Counted from the first letter of the stretch, positions 41,961 through 55,203 are shown. The stretch is DNA of 64,000 bases from Histomonas meleagridis 2922-C6/04-290x (GCA_020184695.1 JAANOX010000278.1:372001-436000); one strand, 5' to 3'. Numbers and translations are program-made. Notes: a model not told the origin generated them from the letters alone.

Positions 41961-44171
41961 TGTTTCAAGAATATTTTAAACATTATAATGCTTAAATCAG
42001 TTTTACTGTTTATAATGTCAAAATGTTACAAAGTATGTCTGAATTTTATATATTGGTAGAAAGCAAGGTAACTAATAGGAAAATTTCCAAGCCAAGTTAT
42101 TTATAGGTAAATTCATGATATGCGCAAAGATCAAAATCTCAAATAATGAATTCATCCTCCTCATAAATTTCAGCAAACATGTTTTTATTTCAAATAAATA
42201 TTATTTTTATTCTCTCACTGAAAATAAAACATTCAGGAAATATATTTATGCCATTAGCCAACTATTTCCAAATATTAGGCCACAGAATTAAGTAAGTTGG
42301 AGAAAAGATATTTTTAATTATACCCTCAAAAAGGCGGACCTCTTCCTCCAAGAAATGAATATGATTTTTTTTTCTGGAAGAAAATGAATCATTTTATTCT
42401 TTGTTAATATTACTTGTAAGTGAACATGAACACATAAATTCATAATAAATTCGAAATCAAGCTTTCAACTTGTTATTCTCAGAAAGATTTTTTTTAAATT
42501 ATTTTGAGTTATCAAAATATATTACTCTCTATTAATATATGAGTTTAAATTTTTTTGTGAAATTAATGTATTTTCTGAAATAAAAAGGAAAAATATATTT
42601 TTACAAAACGACCGTTTATTACCAGATGAAAAAAAAATAAAATGCAGAATCTCCAATTGTTATTACATTTTCACCAATGACAGCTGCTTATAAATGGATC
42701 TAAATTTTGTTATTTTTCTTATATTAAATTTGTTTTCATATCTTTATGCAATTAATTTTTTAAACATACTTTAATTCTACCTAAATCATCGTATATCGCA
42801 CTCCCGATGAATTCATCCCCTCCTGATTAAAGTTTGTGCCCCCTTGTGTCAAATTACTTTCAACTTTATGAAATTCTAAGATATTAAATTTATTTCAATG
42901 CCATTTTGTACCAAAACAATTTCTCTATTCAACTATTTGAAGACAGGCATTCAAATACAACTTCTACAAAATGATATTAAAATTGGAATGTATTTGTTTT
43001 AAAAAAGTAAATTAATTGTTGTTGCCTTGTTTCTGTGGATAATGCAAAGGCATGAAACACTGATAAAACTTAAATTAACATTATGAAAAACTTGGAATAG
43101 CTTAAGAATACCAAGGATGATAAGCGTTTGTTAAAATAATCAAATAGCTTATAAATCTAAATGAAAAAATCATTTTTTTGTTGTTCATTTATCGAGAAAA
43201 TATATTTGTTTTTTCTTTTTGAATAAATCGACTAGTTTGGACATATAATTCGCTTCCAAGATACTGCTGGATACAAGAAAGGAGCTGTCATCAAAAAACA
43301 ATAAGGAATTTTAAAAAAAAAATGTTCATTGTTTATGAAGATAATTTCTGTGAAAATATTTTTGAATGAATTAGATTTTAATTTGACTGTAAAAGGCGAA
43401 AATGAAAAGAGAACATTATCATCTCACTTATCATTGTTTATGACTCATATCGATCAAATTTTTGATGACAATTTCAATTTCAGATGGAAAACAACCAATT
43501 TCATACATTTTTGATGAAAATTTGAAGGTTTTTTGTTTGAGTTAAAATCAAGAATATATCTTCCAATTCCAATCATCAAATTGATGAAAAAATATGAAAT
43601 ATATCTATTAATGACTTTCAGCATTCGTTTTATTGACTATATTTCCAACATATTTCATGATGAAAATATTTTTCATAAAAATATAAAATATATAAATTTC
43701 AAAAACAAAAATGAAACAGCAAATCAACAGATCCATAACGAATATCCTCATTATATGTTCAATAATAACAAAAATCATTCAAATAACAAAATTTTATTTT
43801 TCTCATATGAAAAGATTCATAAAATAAGTTATAAATATTATCATTTATTAAGTCATTTGTTTACAAATTTATTTGCTATCTTTAAAAAATGTTTCGAATT
43901 AACTTCTTCTTCTAAATTTAAAAATCACTTTATTTATTCTTTGAAGAAAATTCTATTTTATTTTGATATTTATATAATAAATAAAGTCAAAATATTTTAT
44001 ATTTTATTGAGGAATTTCTTTTGTTTCATATTTAAATCAACAATTAAAAATTTATATATTATTTTATTTTTAATTATATTTAATATTCTTTTTCAATTTA
44101 TTAAATATTTTTATAAAAGTTATTTAATTTATGATAAAAATAAACAAAATTTCAAAATATTTTTGATTTTA

Positions 44172-45671
44172 ATGATTATATTTTTTGTTAATACAAAGCA
44201 ATCATATAACGAAGAGACAAAAACACTCACAATATCTGATTCCATTGATTATTCAAATGATTACAAGAATGATACAGAACGTGTTATAATTATTGATGTT
44301 GGCGAGATTGAAAGTAATGCATTCAGAGAATGGCCTTTATTAACAACAGTAATAATTGGAGAAACAGTCGGAAATATCGGTAATAGAGCATTTGCATCAT
44401 GTACAAAATTAGAATATGTCCAATTTCCAGATAAATTAATGAGTGGAATTGGAGGTGGTGCATTTGCAGAATGTATTTCATTAAATAATATTACAATCCG
44501 TTGTAATAGCATTGGTGATAATGCATTTTATAAATGTACAGGACTTGAAACAATAACTTTAGCTGTAGGCGTCCGAAATATTGGATCAGATGCATTCAGA
44601 GGATGTACAAACCTTGTGAATATTTATATACCAAGTTCTGTTACTTCAATTGGGAATGCATTTTTAGAATGTACGAAACTTCAATTTATTAATGTTTCAG
44701 AAGAAAATATTGGATATTCGAATTATGAAAATGATGGCGTTTTATATGATAAAGAAATTACACAAATTATTAGTTATCCGAATATGAAAAGTAAAACATT
44801 TACAATTCCTAATTCAGTCATTTCTATTATGAATTATGCTTTTGCAAGTTGTAATAATTTAGAAAGAATTTTTATTGATGAAAATGTTCAATATATTAAT
44901 TCATGTGCATTTGTTAATTGTACATCACTTCAATGTATTCATTTTAATGGAGAAATTTCACCAGAAATACAAAATGATGCATTTGTCAACATCAACGCGA
45001 CAACAGTTATGACAATAGAAACATATCAAAATGAAACATTTGGAAATATGAATGTTACTAAGGGAACAACACTTGACGAATGTCTCCCGCCAACACGCAC
45101 ATTCACTAACTCAAATACATTTACAAAATTGAATACATTCACTGAATCACTTCCATCTGATGCAACTTTATCTTTAACACATTCGTTCACTTTAACTCAG
45201 TCATTATCTATTACACTTTCGATTACATTTTATAGTAAATACATAAATACAATTTCATTGTTAACATTTGAATCCACTTATAGTTATATATCGACAAATG
45301 TCATTTATTACGATTACACTGTTATATATTATTCGTCTTATTATAGTTATTATTCTGACTTTTATACATTAGTTGTCACTGATTATGATGATGCACCAAA
45401 AGATAAATCGATCTCAAATGAATTGTTAATTGGTATTATATGCGGTGCTGTTGTGATAGTTTTGATAATTGTCGGAATCGTAATATTTATGATTAAATAT
45501 CAAAATAAGAAGCGAAAACAAAATGAAGAAGAAATGAATATTTCAGATGAAAATAATAATAAAATTAATGAAATCGATAATACATTTTCAGTTGGTATTA
45601 ATAATTCAAATATTGAAGAAGATCCATTTGCAGACGATTTCAAAGAAGAAAAATTTATAAATCAGATATAA
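44172..45671 (+). CDS. BspA-like surface protein 3, DPFADDF tail
   Basis: TpLRR repeats (IYIPSSVTSIGNAFLEC), SNTFT stalk, YYDYT module, TM and tail EEDPFADDFKEEKFINQI. Confidence 0.85.
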   Translation: MIIFFVNTKQSYNEETKTLTISDSIDYSNDYKNDTERVIIIDVGEIESNAFREWPLLTTVIIGETVGNIGNRAFASCTKLEYVQFPDKLMSGIGGGAFAECISLNNITIRCNSIGDNAFYKCTGLETITLAVGVRNIGSDAFRGCTNLVNIYIPSSVTSIGNAFLECTKLQFINVSEENIGYSNYENDGVLYDKEITQIISYPNMKSKTFTIPNSVISIMNYAFASCNNLERIFIDENVQYINSCAFVNCTSLQCIHFNGEISPEIQNDAFVNINATTVMTIETYQNETFGNMNVTKGTTLDECLPPTRTFTNSNTFTKLNTFTESLPSDATLSLTHSFTLTQSLSITLSITFYSKYINTISLLTFESTYSYISTNVIYYDYTVIYYSSYYSYYSDFYTLVVTDYDDAPKDKSISNELLIGIICGAVVIVLIIVGIVIFMIKYQNKKRKQNEEEMNISDENNNKINEIDNTFSVGINNSNIEEDPFADDFKEEKFINQI

Positions 45672-47575
45672 ATAAACATATTTTAAGAACAAAATATTTT
45701 AATTTGTTTATTAATTTCATCAATCCAAACTTTTATGTTATTTAGCAAATTTTATATTTCTTCTATTATATGATTATTATCGTAAATCCAATTTATCCAA
45801 ATCATAAACACTAAAAGTAAATGATAAATTATATTAAAGAAAAAATTGGAAATTTAGAGATATTATGGTAAAAATGCAATATTTTTTTAAAAATCAAAAG
45901 AAAGATATTCAATTTCAAATAAGTGTGCGTCTTGAGTAGTTCTGCTTTTATCTGTGATAACTTAAGTTTGAACAAAAAGTAAATTATTATGAAAATAACA
46001 AATATATCGTTAATTCATTGTATCTAATTAACGCATTTTTTAACATATTTATGAAGTTTAAAATCATTATGCAAAAGTTTATCATAATTTTCTTGTTGTT
46101 TTCCTAAAATGATGAGCGTTCATCAATCAAACAAAGTATAAAATAAAAAGTTTTTTTTAGTATAGACCATGGTCAGCTTGATGTATGAAAGCTTACAATT
46201 TTACTTGAAAAATGAAAAAAATTGTATGCATCCACCTCCACTTCATAGGACTTTTTGAATCCATATTTCTTCATTGATAAAAAGTTAATTTTTTCGTTTG
46301 CTATTAGTATTCATTAATGGTCTTAATTATTTTCAATTTTCTTGATAGTTAACAAGAGTTTGTCAACAGGAAAATTCATGATCAAAAAAATATCTATAAA
46401 AATTTATATACTAAAACATGATGTTTATTTTGCAAAACAAAATAAAATATTATAATATTACTATAGTAAAAATATGTGATTAGATGATCAACCTCCTTCT
46501 TTTCATCTCTGTGTTATAGTTTTATTTTTTAGGAGGTAACGATAGATGTCCCTTCAGAAAATTTGTAATTACTTTTTCAAGCATATACACTTAAAATATA
46601 AATAAAATTTGATAGTGAAAATTATTTGGCTAGATTCGGGTTATTTGAGTATATAACTTTTATTTGTATAAATTGAATATTTCGAAATTTGATGGAAAAA
46701 TTAATTCATAATTTTTTGATTATTTATACATATTAATATGCACAATAACATTGCTAAGTATACTATCAGGTTTATTTCAAAATATTGATTTCGAGAGAAA
46801 GTACATTTATTATGAAAATTTACATGACAAAAGATCATCAAGACTCACCCTTCTTTTTCTCTTAAAAATTTTATATAAGCATTTATATATACTAAATTTA
46901 ATTAATTTGAGATATTTAAAGATTTCTTTCGCTGAATTTCGAGAAAAAGTAGTATTTTGCACGACGGTTTAAAACCCGCGATTTATCATTCAAATATTGT
47001 ACGGTTATAAACTTTCTGGATGGTCATTAATCGTCGGTGAAAGAAAATTTGTAATGCATGCATATTCTAACAACTTTTTCTCAAAACTCAGCAGAAGAAT
47101 CTCAATAAAACTTTGATATCATTTCAACCAAATCATCATCATAATCATATTTGAAAATAAAGAAGAAAAAAAGGGTCAATTTTTTTTATACTTGATTTAA
47201 ATATTGCGTTTTTCAATAAAATTGCAGCTTTTGGTGTACTAAGAATAAAAGAAAGAAATCATGTTCTATATGTAAATTTATCAATGATACTAAAAGGGTT
47301 AACTTTGTTAGGTTACTCAAAACCGAATTCATAAAATCTGATGAAAAAATAGCACTTTTTAGGAAATGATTCACTTTTACATTTTCATAACCATTAAACT
47401 GCCTGTCCAATCCCTTCAATTTATGATGTAATTATGTGTAATATGATGCGCGTTTTCATAACTATCGTCATCGACCACAATTTTGATGAACGTTTAGGCC
47501 TTAACGTGTTTCGCGAACAAATTCAAATTTGAAAACATTTTCACCTGGCGAAAACAATTCAAATAAAAATCTATT

Positions 47576-50422
47576 TTATAAGTACAAACTTGCAGCGAAA
47601 ATTATGTCGCGCTTAATCAACTTGATTGCCTGCATTATCATCAGCTCCAAATCCGAGTCACCCATTTGGTTTGCAGCCCTTGCTGTTTGCCTCAATATTT
47701 CCTCTGTTCTTTTCATTGACCGAATCACTGCTCCTTCGAAGAACTGCGGGTTATCCTCCATCAGCTGTGCGAACTCAGCGCCGCCTGCCCAATTGTACGT
47801 CAGCAGCATAAACGTTGGGTCTATATTTTTCATGTAATCATCGAAATTCGTATTAATACCACTTTCTCTACTTATTTCGACAATTCTCTTTACGATTTCT
47901 TTTGTTTGTTCCCATTGTTCGCTTAAATCTTCTGGTATTTCCGCCTCTTCTTTAGATCCACTATCACATGCGAATATACAAAGCAATGAAGCGATTTGTT
48001 GTGGTGTCAAATGCTTTAATATTCCATCGAATAACATTTCTGTTATCACTAATTCATCACCAGCTGATATTATTGAGGCAACTCTACCTTTATTAGTGAT
48101 CAATTTTTCATTATCAACAAATCCAAGTTTTTCTAATACGTTTTGCATCGATTTTAAGTCTTCTTGCATAACAGCGGCGTTTAATATTTGGATTCTTTGT
48201 CTTAAATCTTTAATCTTTTGTTGAATTTCTCGTTTCTCTTTATATTTATTTATATCGAAAATTGTAATATCAACAAATTGTTCGGAAAGTTTTCTTAAAT
48301 TTCCAATTTTTTCGATGTATGAATCATATGTATCTTTATTCTTGGTGATAAGATCTCTTTCGTTTAATATTTTAATTCCTTTTGATATAATCTTATCTAA
48401 ACTATTAAACATTCGATTAATTGTTGTTCCTGAAAGTTGATCATTATTAAAATCAATTGATTCTTCACTAATACCAATGATATCATTAAAATCAACAGAA
48501 AAGATATAAGCTGAAGCACCTTCATTAGTTTGGATTGGTATTAATGTCTTTGTTATAGTCTCTTGACCTTTTAATGCTATCAATGCTTCATTAGTTTTCT
48601 TGTTTGTTGTTGCTACTACTATACCCCAACCCCAACCATTAGCTACTTGTACAATTCGACCTTTAGTTATAAATGTTCCAATGTTTTCAGGATTATATAT
48701 TAAGTTATGTAATTCATTATTAAAATGTTCAAGTTGTTCATCTATTTCAACTCTCATTCTAATTTTAGCTTCATTTGGTATCTCAAATTCTGTTATTATA
48801 TTATTATATTTCTCTAATTCATTGTTTAAAATTGGTATTTGTCGTTCCATTTGAAATTGATGAAATGATTTCCGCATTAAATCTTCAGGCTTTATTTGAC
48901 TTGAACATAATAATGATAATAACATATGATATGTTATATGATATTCACTATTTAATGGTTGTGATGGTGATTCTAATAATTGTAATGTTTCTGTTTCATC
49001 ATTTGTATCATTAATAACTATTACGACTGATCCAAATGTATCATTATTTCGTCGTCCTGCTCTACCACTCATTTGGATAAATTCTCCTCCGGATAATATT
49101 CGTCGTTGTTGTCCATCGAATTTATATAATGAATGAAAGATAACTGTACGCGCAGGCATATTTAATCCCATTGCAAATGTTTCTGTAGCAAATAATATAC
49201 GAATAAGTCCATGTTGAAATAATAATTCAACAAATTCTTTCATAAGTGGAATTAGTCCGCCATGATGAATACCAATCCCTCGAACAACTAATGATTTAAG
49301 TTTGTCGATTTGCGGTAATTTTTTGTCTGATTCAGATAACTTTTCGATGGCTACTTCAGCTAATTGTTCGACTTTTTGTGAGTCTTCTTCAGAAATATAT
49401 GACGTGTTTTCTAATGAGTATGGTAATTCATCACATTCTTTGCGTGAAAATGCAAAAACAAGAATCGGATCTAAGTTTTTGTTAACTAATGAATCTGCTA
49501 CTTCGCACGTTAAACGATAGTTGGCATTCTTGTCACTTTTTTGCTTGGATTTCATCGCCGATACCATCATCTGAACAGAAATGCCATGAAAGAGACGCTT
49601 AGGCTGAGAAATTTGAACTGTAGGAACCATTGCAAAGGCAGCTTGAAGAGATCCTTTATCAACAGGACCATCGCCTTCTCGAACTTTATAAAGATCACCA
49701 CCACGTGGGGCTAAATAATAATTTAATGGAACAGGGCGATACTCAGTATAAACAACATGACATGGTTGATGATGTATTTTAGCAATCCATTCACTAAATT
49801 CTCGAGAATTAGGTATTGTCGCTGATAAAAATACAAATCTGACCTCATCAGGAAGTAAAACAATGGACTCCTCCCAAACAACACCACGTTCAACATCTTT
49901 CATGTAATGAATTTCATCATATATTACCCAATATAACTCATGAATTAATGAATCACCTCTGTAAAGCATCATACGAAGAATTTCTGTGGTCATTACAAGA
50001 CATGATGCACTTGGATTGATTGTTATATCACCTGTAATAAGTCCAACGTCATCAAATTCATCTTTTAATTCACGGTATTTTTGATTTGAAAGTGCTTTGA
50101 TTGGTGATGTATAAACAACGCGCGCGCCTTTTGTAAGAGCAGCTTTAACTGCATAAAAAGCAATTGCCGTTTTTCCTGCAGATGTGTGTGCTGATACTAA
50201 AACTGATTCGCTGTTGTGAATACATGCAATTGAGATTTTTTGGAATTGATCTAACTCGAATTCATATTGAAGAAGTGGTTCCTCGGGAAAAGGAACATTT
50301 TCGATTGATGCTTGACCGTTTGGAAGAGCAACATAATGTAAAACATTGTCACCTTCTGTTTCAAATTTAATTGATGTTGGTCCTTCGTCTTCCTTTAATT
50401 CATCAGGAAGAGGAACAAACAT
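47576..50422 (-). CDS. MTR4: Ski2-like DExH RNA helicase Mtr4/Dob1
   Basis: SAHTSAGKT, YDEIHYM.D.ERGVVWEESI, ATETFAMGLNMPARTV, QMSGRAGRR and C-terminal RDIIFAASLYL. Confidence 0.93.
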   Translation of the reverse strand: MFVPLPDELKEDEGPTSIKFETEGDNVLHYVALPNGQASIENVPFPEEPLLQYEFELDQFQKISIACIHNSESVLVSAHTSAGKTAIAFYAVKAALTKGARVVYTSPIKALSNQKYRELKDEFDDVGLITGDITINPSASCLVMTTEILRMMLYRGDSLIHELYWVIYDEIHYMKDVERGVVWEESIVLLPDEVRFVFLSATIPNSREFSEWIAKIHHQPCHVVYTEYRPVPLNYYLAPRGGDLYKVREGDGPVDKGSLQAAFAMVPTVQISQPKRLFHGISVQMMVSAMKSKQKSDKNANYRLTCEVADSLVNKNLDPILVFAFSRKECDELPYSLENTSYISEEDSQKVEQLAEVAIEKLSESDKKLPQIDKLKSLVVRGIGIHHGGLIPLMKEFVELLFQHGLIRILFATETFAMGLNMPARTVIFHSLYKFDGQQRRILSGGEFIQMSGRAGRRNNDTFGSVVIVINDTNDETETLQLLESPSQPLNSEYHITYHMLLSLLCSSQIKPEDLMRKSFHQFQMERQIPILNNELEKYNNIITEFEIPNEAKIRMRVEIDEQLEHFNNELHNLIYNPENIGTFITKGRIVQVANGWGWGIVVATTNKKTNEALIALKGQETITKTLIPIQTNEGASAYIFSVDFNDIIGISEESIDFNNDQLSGTTINRMFNSLDKIISKGIKILNERDLITKNKDTYDSYIEKIGNLRKLSEQFVDITIFDINKYKEKREIQQKIKDLRQRIQILNAAVMQEDLKSMQNVLEKLGFVDNEKLITNKGRVASIISAGDELVITEMLFDGILKHLTPQQIASLLCIFACDSGSKEEAEIPEDLSEQWEQTKEIVKRIVEISRESGINTNFDDYMKNIDPTFMLLTYNWAGGAEFAQLMEDNPQFFEGAVIRSMKRTEEILRQTARAANQMGDSDLELMIMQAIKLIKRDIIFAASLYL

Positions 50423-51688
50423 TTTTCTTTGACCAAGGAAATGTGATGTGAAATTCTTTTTTTAGAATTTTTTTTTTCGTTGTTACACACACACTTTGTT
50501 GATTTAAAAATTGAACCAAACAACAAGGAATATTCATCACGATTATATATATGGCCGATTTAAAAAAAATCGATTTTGAAATATATTCAGGGTAATCAAA
50601 TGAATATTGCAAAAATAGTCAAAATAAGCATGCTCTCTCTTCGCCAGCTCAATGGAAAGAACTGTGCTAAATATTTTATTTTTTTCTCAATAGTTTTGTT
50701 TTAATTTCTTCTTTTTTTTTTCTAATTTGTTCCAAATAACGTAAGAACTCTTAAATTTTTCTACTAAAAACAAAGGTAATCATTTTAATATTGGAACAAA
50801 ATTTCTGAAAATGAACAATTAAAAAAACATACTTCTTTCTTCTTTTTAATATAATTGAGTTATAGATGGCTTGCTTTCCCAAAAGGTTACTAAGTATTTG
50901 TTTTCATTTGATATCAAATAAATTTTTTCATGAAAAAATTTATTTTATATATCAACATTTTAAGACATCCTTTAATAGAAGACATTACCAAGGAATAGTT
51001 TAGTAGAGGAATATGCTGGAAAAATTCATTTTTTATCTCTGATAATTCCTATTGTAAGGTAATCATCCATTCCAAAAAAGACGTTTATCTCAAAAGTTGT
51101 GCTTTGAATTCTGCGGTACCGCTGAAGAAATTTGAATGGAAGGACCAGAAATAGCTTTTTCAATCCATTCAATTGTGGAACGTAAACCCTTGAATTTTGT
51201 TAACCTTCCATCCGCTCAGATCCGCCTTCTTAAGCTGAAGAATTGCCAAAGCCTTTTGCTATATGAAGCAGTTTGTTTGAACAAATTTTTTGAGTTAGCA
51301 GAAGTTTTTATAAAAACGAGTAACAAATTTATCAAATCTCTTTGTAAATAAAATCTCTTCCGCTCTTGCACAAAGAGCCCAGCAAGATTTTGCCTAGAAA
51401 ATATAAAATATTGAAATTATACGGTTTTCAAGGGTGTTTCAACACAAATTTTTTTATATCATAATTCAATTTTGAGTGGATTATATGACATTTGAATATA
51501 AAATGCAAATACCCCGTCTCATCTAAACAATAGCATGTTTTATTGCTAAAATTGTGATATCTTTTCATTATTATTATTTTATATGCAATAAGAACATCGT
51601 ATTATTATTTAAACTCACAAAATTTTTGTTTTCATATTTGAATGCATTCAAAACAAGAACTGTCGGTTGTAAACATTTTATGGAAGTT

Positions 51689-52093
51689 TTAGCGCCCAGA
51701 GAAATTCAACTTCTTTTGGGCATATGAAAAAGATGCATCGAAATCTCTTTTGGATGAGAGGCTTGGCACAATGTATCCGCCGTAAACAAAGTTTAATATT
51801 CGGCAGAATGGGAGATACATCCTTGCGAGTTGTTTTGTGAAGCTTTGATGATGAAACATGCAATGATTAGCAATGAAGACCATGGCTTCGTTTAAGCTAT
51901 CAAATCGTCCGTTGTTGCACATCCGAGGATCAAATGGAACAGGTATGACTTTCATTGATTTGTATTGTTGCTTCGGAAGACCAATCGATAATTCGGCCAT
52001 GGGTATGGTCTTTTTGACCTGTGGCATTGTTATGGGTGGTGCAATAGCAAACTGGTTGAGGGGAATCTGCTGTGGCTGGAAAAAGAAAGTCAT
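51689..52093 (-). CDS. Hypothetical protein
   Basis: ATG at 52093 with Inr TCACTT at 52100-52105; Gln/Pro-rich N-terminus. Confidence 0.6.
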   Translation of the reverse strand: MTFFFQPQQIPLNQFAIAPPITMPQVKKTIPMAELSIGLPKQQYKSMKVIPVPFDPRMCNNGRFDSLNEAMVFIANHCMFHHQSFTKQLARMYLPFCRILNFVYGGYIVPSLSSKRDFDASFSYAQKKLNFSGR

Positions 52094-52873
52094 GATTCGA
52101 AGTGATTTTCTATGCATTCAATTCTTTCCTTTTTCAGAAAGTCATTTAACAAAATTGAATGGGTATATTTCGTCTCAACGGTTGTGTTTATTATGCTCAT
52201 CGTGGTTCACTTTTGACTTTTTAAATAGTTTACTTGCATTTTTCAATTCCTTACAAAACTTTTATTGGATTTCAAACAAAAAAATCTTCATGAATAATTC
52301 TTATGATGAGAACCTCGACATATTTTTGAAGAAAATGATATTAAATGCATTTTATATTTAAGAATTAAATTTCTATGTAGAGACTATAATTAGAAATTTT
52401 AATTTTGATATTAAATGAAAGAAGTTTTGAAAAATCAAATTTAATTCAAAAAAACACAACTTTTCAATTCAAAAAAAATTGAGGGCAATGTGGTTCATCA
52501 TCGGTTTTATGAGATAAAAGTTGATGTTTTATCCAGAAAATTTTTTGATTTCATATTCATAGAGTGGTATTTGATGCCAAATGAATACGTTTCCCGTTAA
52601 AATGTTTAAATTCCAGTTTTTAAGGATGTTTTTTGAAGAATTAACTATCATTATTTAAGTAAAACGATGTTTCTTTGCAATTTATTTTAATCTTTTTTAT
52701 TATTTATCTAAAATAAGTATTTTATTCTTCCATTTTGACATAAATTTATGTGCTTAACGAAAAAATATTTAAAATTTTATTCATTTTAATATTAAAGTTT
52801 TGGTTTATTTATGTTGAAAGATTAAAGGTTCTTATCATATTTAGAAAATGATTTTAAGAACCTTTGAACTTTA

Positions 52874-53800
52874 TTAAAATTTGTTTCCATTTTTACGATA
52901 GATATACTTCTGTATAAGTAATATAAAATCAAAAGACATCGGTCCAATAGCTCCTGTAATATATGGTGCTTGTCTCCATATATAATCTAACTCAGTGCTT
53001 TTAATAAGTAAAGAACTAAAGTATGTTAAATTTCCCATTATGCTTAACATCACATAAAAGATATTTAAATCACTTCCTGATTTTTCTTTAACATTTTTTA
53101 CAACCTGTGGAATACGAGATCCTATGTAAATACTTGAGCCTATCCAACTAAATATTGAGCCAATCAGTAAATTTCCTTGATAAGGTTTTGCCCAATTTAT
53201 TGAAGATGATTGCTTGGATAACAATGCAAGTCCTCCTGTGAGTGATGAACTTGCAGAAGAGCTATAAAATAAACCACTACCATCACTTGTGTTACTTGTT
53301 AAATCACTAATAGATGTAGTGAAATCGCTTGAGAGATTTTCAGAAAAGTTTTCTTCTGTTGTTTCAATTTTATGTAAAGGTTCATTTTCCTGTTCTTTAG
53401 CAAAACTATTATCATCTAAACTAATACCACTTGAATCTTCTTTTTCTTCTTTACCACAAAATTTAACAAGGAAATGATTATAATAAAGATATTGTAAAAA
53501 TAGAATTCCATCAAGAATCGTGTATATAATGTTTGTCAACACTTGAGTTATTAAAGGTGCTGTATATATTGACCCTATTAAACTCGTAATATCTCCAGTT
53601 AAGATTAATGAGAAAAACCAAGGAGAAATACCTTTAACACGTTTAATTTTGAAATTTTGTATTATTTGAGGAGAAGAACAAATAACCCAAATCATTGAGG
53701 ATACCAATCCAATATAAAAACTCCATTTCTCTCGAACAGTTACTACGCATTCTCTAAATACAATATATATCCATTCAACATAACCTGGCGAACAAACCAT
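52874..53800 (-). CDS. PQ-loop lysosomal amino-acid transporter (PQLC2/Ypq-like)
   Basis: Two PQ motifs (SSPQIIQNF; SRIPQVVKN) in paired three-helix bundles. Confidence 0.88.
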   Translation of the reverse strand: MVCSPGYVEWIYIVFRECVVTVREKWSFYIGLVSSMIWVICSSPQIIQNFKIKRVKGISPWFFSLILTGDITSLIGSIYTAPLITQVLTNIIYTILDGILFLQYLYYNHFLVKFCGKEEKEDSSGISLDDNSFAKEQENEPLHKIETTEENFSENLSSDFTTSISDLTSNTSDGSGLFYSSSASSSLTGGLALLSKQSSSINWAKPYQGNLLIGSIFSWIGSSIYIGSRIPQVVKNVKEKSGSDLNIFYVMLSIMGNLTYFSSLLIKSTELDYIWRQAPYITGAIGPMSFDFILLIQKYIYRKNGNKF

Positions 53801-54242
53801 AAAAATGTTGAAAATCAACAACGGTTAAGATAATCAAATTTTTTAGTTTTCGTCACACTGAAAAAATGTGAAGAAATAGTTAAGATTGTTAAGAACATCA
53901 AGTTTTGAGAAGAAAAATTGATTTCTCTGAAAATTCTTAGTACTTTGCTTTATAACAAGGTTTATTTCATGTTGAAGATAATAATATAATAATGTTTTCG
54001 TTTTGTATCGCATTCAATTTTTGCAACTTTTATTCAGCAGCAATCTCTACGGTTTAAGTTAAAAGATTGCGTTTTATAGAAAACTTTTGGAAAGAGTTTT
54101 TATAAATCACCAAAAATTATCAAATTTTATTTTAGGATTTATAAAACATGAACAAAAAACTTATTCATTCCAAAATCATATTTGTTATAGAAATGAATTT
54201 GAATAACAATTACAAAAAAGTGACAACATCTTCAACTACAAA

Positions 54243-54821
54243 ATGTCCAAAAAAATCAGCAATGAAAATGCTCTTCTAAAGGAAATGGTTGAAAGACAAT
54301 TACAACGCCTTCTTTGTCAACTCAAAGATTTAGATGAACTTAAGGATGAACTTACAGAAGAAGAAATTCGTGAAACACGAACAGAGACAATGGAAGAACT
54401 TAATGAGTTTCGCATCAACCTTGATAAAATGATTTCAGGTGATATGACATTAGTTGATCAACTAGGTGCACTTAGACTTGCAACAATTGCTGCAATCAAT
54501 GAAGCATTCAAAACTCCTGATATTATCAGAATGTTCAGTGCTCGCCAAACAGAGGAACTTCGAGCAAGCCTTGCAAAGCTTAAAGAGAAGATGCACCTCA
54601 AATCAATAACAGTAGCTCAATACGAAGAAAAAGCAATGGAAATATTAACGGCTCTTAAGTCATTAAATGAACCATTGTCTGATGAAGAAGCAGCATTTTT
54701 GTCCAAACAGATGCAAAACAGATTCAGCGGATTTCAAGAATCAAGCAATAGTGTCAATCAAGCACAAGGAAAAACACTTATATCCAAATTCGGAGATCAA
54801 ACAAAGATTACAGATCAATAA
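54243..54821 (+). CDS. LZIC: LZIC-like protein
   Basis: QLQRLLCQLKDLDE...SGDMTLVDQL...AAINEAFKTPDIIRMF...EILTALKSL matches LZIC. Confidence 0.88.
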   Translation: MSKKISNENALLKEMVERQLQRLLCQLKDLDELKDELTEEEIRETRTETMEELNEFRINLDKMISGDMTLVDQLGALRLATIAAINEAFKTPDIIRMFSARQTEELRASLAKLKEKMHLKSITVAQYEEKAMEILTALKSLNEPLSDEEAAFLSKQMQNRFSGFQESSNSVNQAQGKTLISKFGDQTKITDQ

Positions 54822-54849
54822 AAATAGGTATTTATCAACGAAAAATATA

Positions 54850-55203
54850 TTATTGTGGATTCGAATATAAAGTGTATTGAACTTGGACAGGAATATTTGG
54901 CCCAATTGTATGTAAAATACATAAATCTGAAGGTGATAAGATAATATCACATGATTGATCATAATCTTTTCCAATGATGAATGAAGAAACAGCTATATCA
55001 ACATTAACGTCTCTGCCATCTACTGCTTTACTTGTAGTGTTTGCCATGACAACCAATCTTTTACCAATTTCAGATTCCATATCTTCAAGTAATGAAAATC
55101 TTTCAATTCTTACATGTCCATTGGATGATGGCAATGTGAAGTTCTCTCCTGATTTTATTACTGCAAAATGTTGTTGCTGTGGTAATTCATTTCCATCGTC
55201 CAT
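54850..55203 (-). CDS. Hypothetical beta-sandwich protein (possibly nucleoplasmin-like)
   Basis: 117-aa ATG ORF with beta-strand periodicity; fold assignment is weak. Confidence 0.55.
   Translation of the reverse strand: MDDGNELPQQQHFAVIKSGENFTLPSSNGHVRIERFSLLEDMESEIGKRLVVMANTTSKAVDGRDVNVDIAVSSFIIGKDYDQSCDIILSPSDLCILHTIGPNIPVQVQYTLYSNPQ

Noticed and set aside
50643-50670. A-box-like AGCTCAATGG
   Set aside because: No cloverleaf or B box downstream.
51000-51400. GC-elevated stretch with short ORFs on both strands
   Set aside because: No recognisable domain in any frame; possibly a decayed gene, but it cannot be supported.
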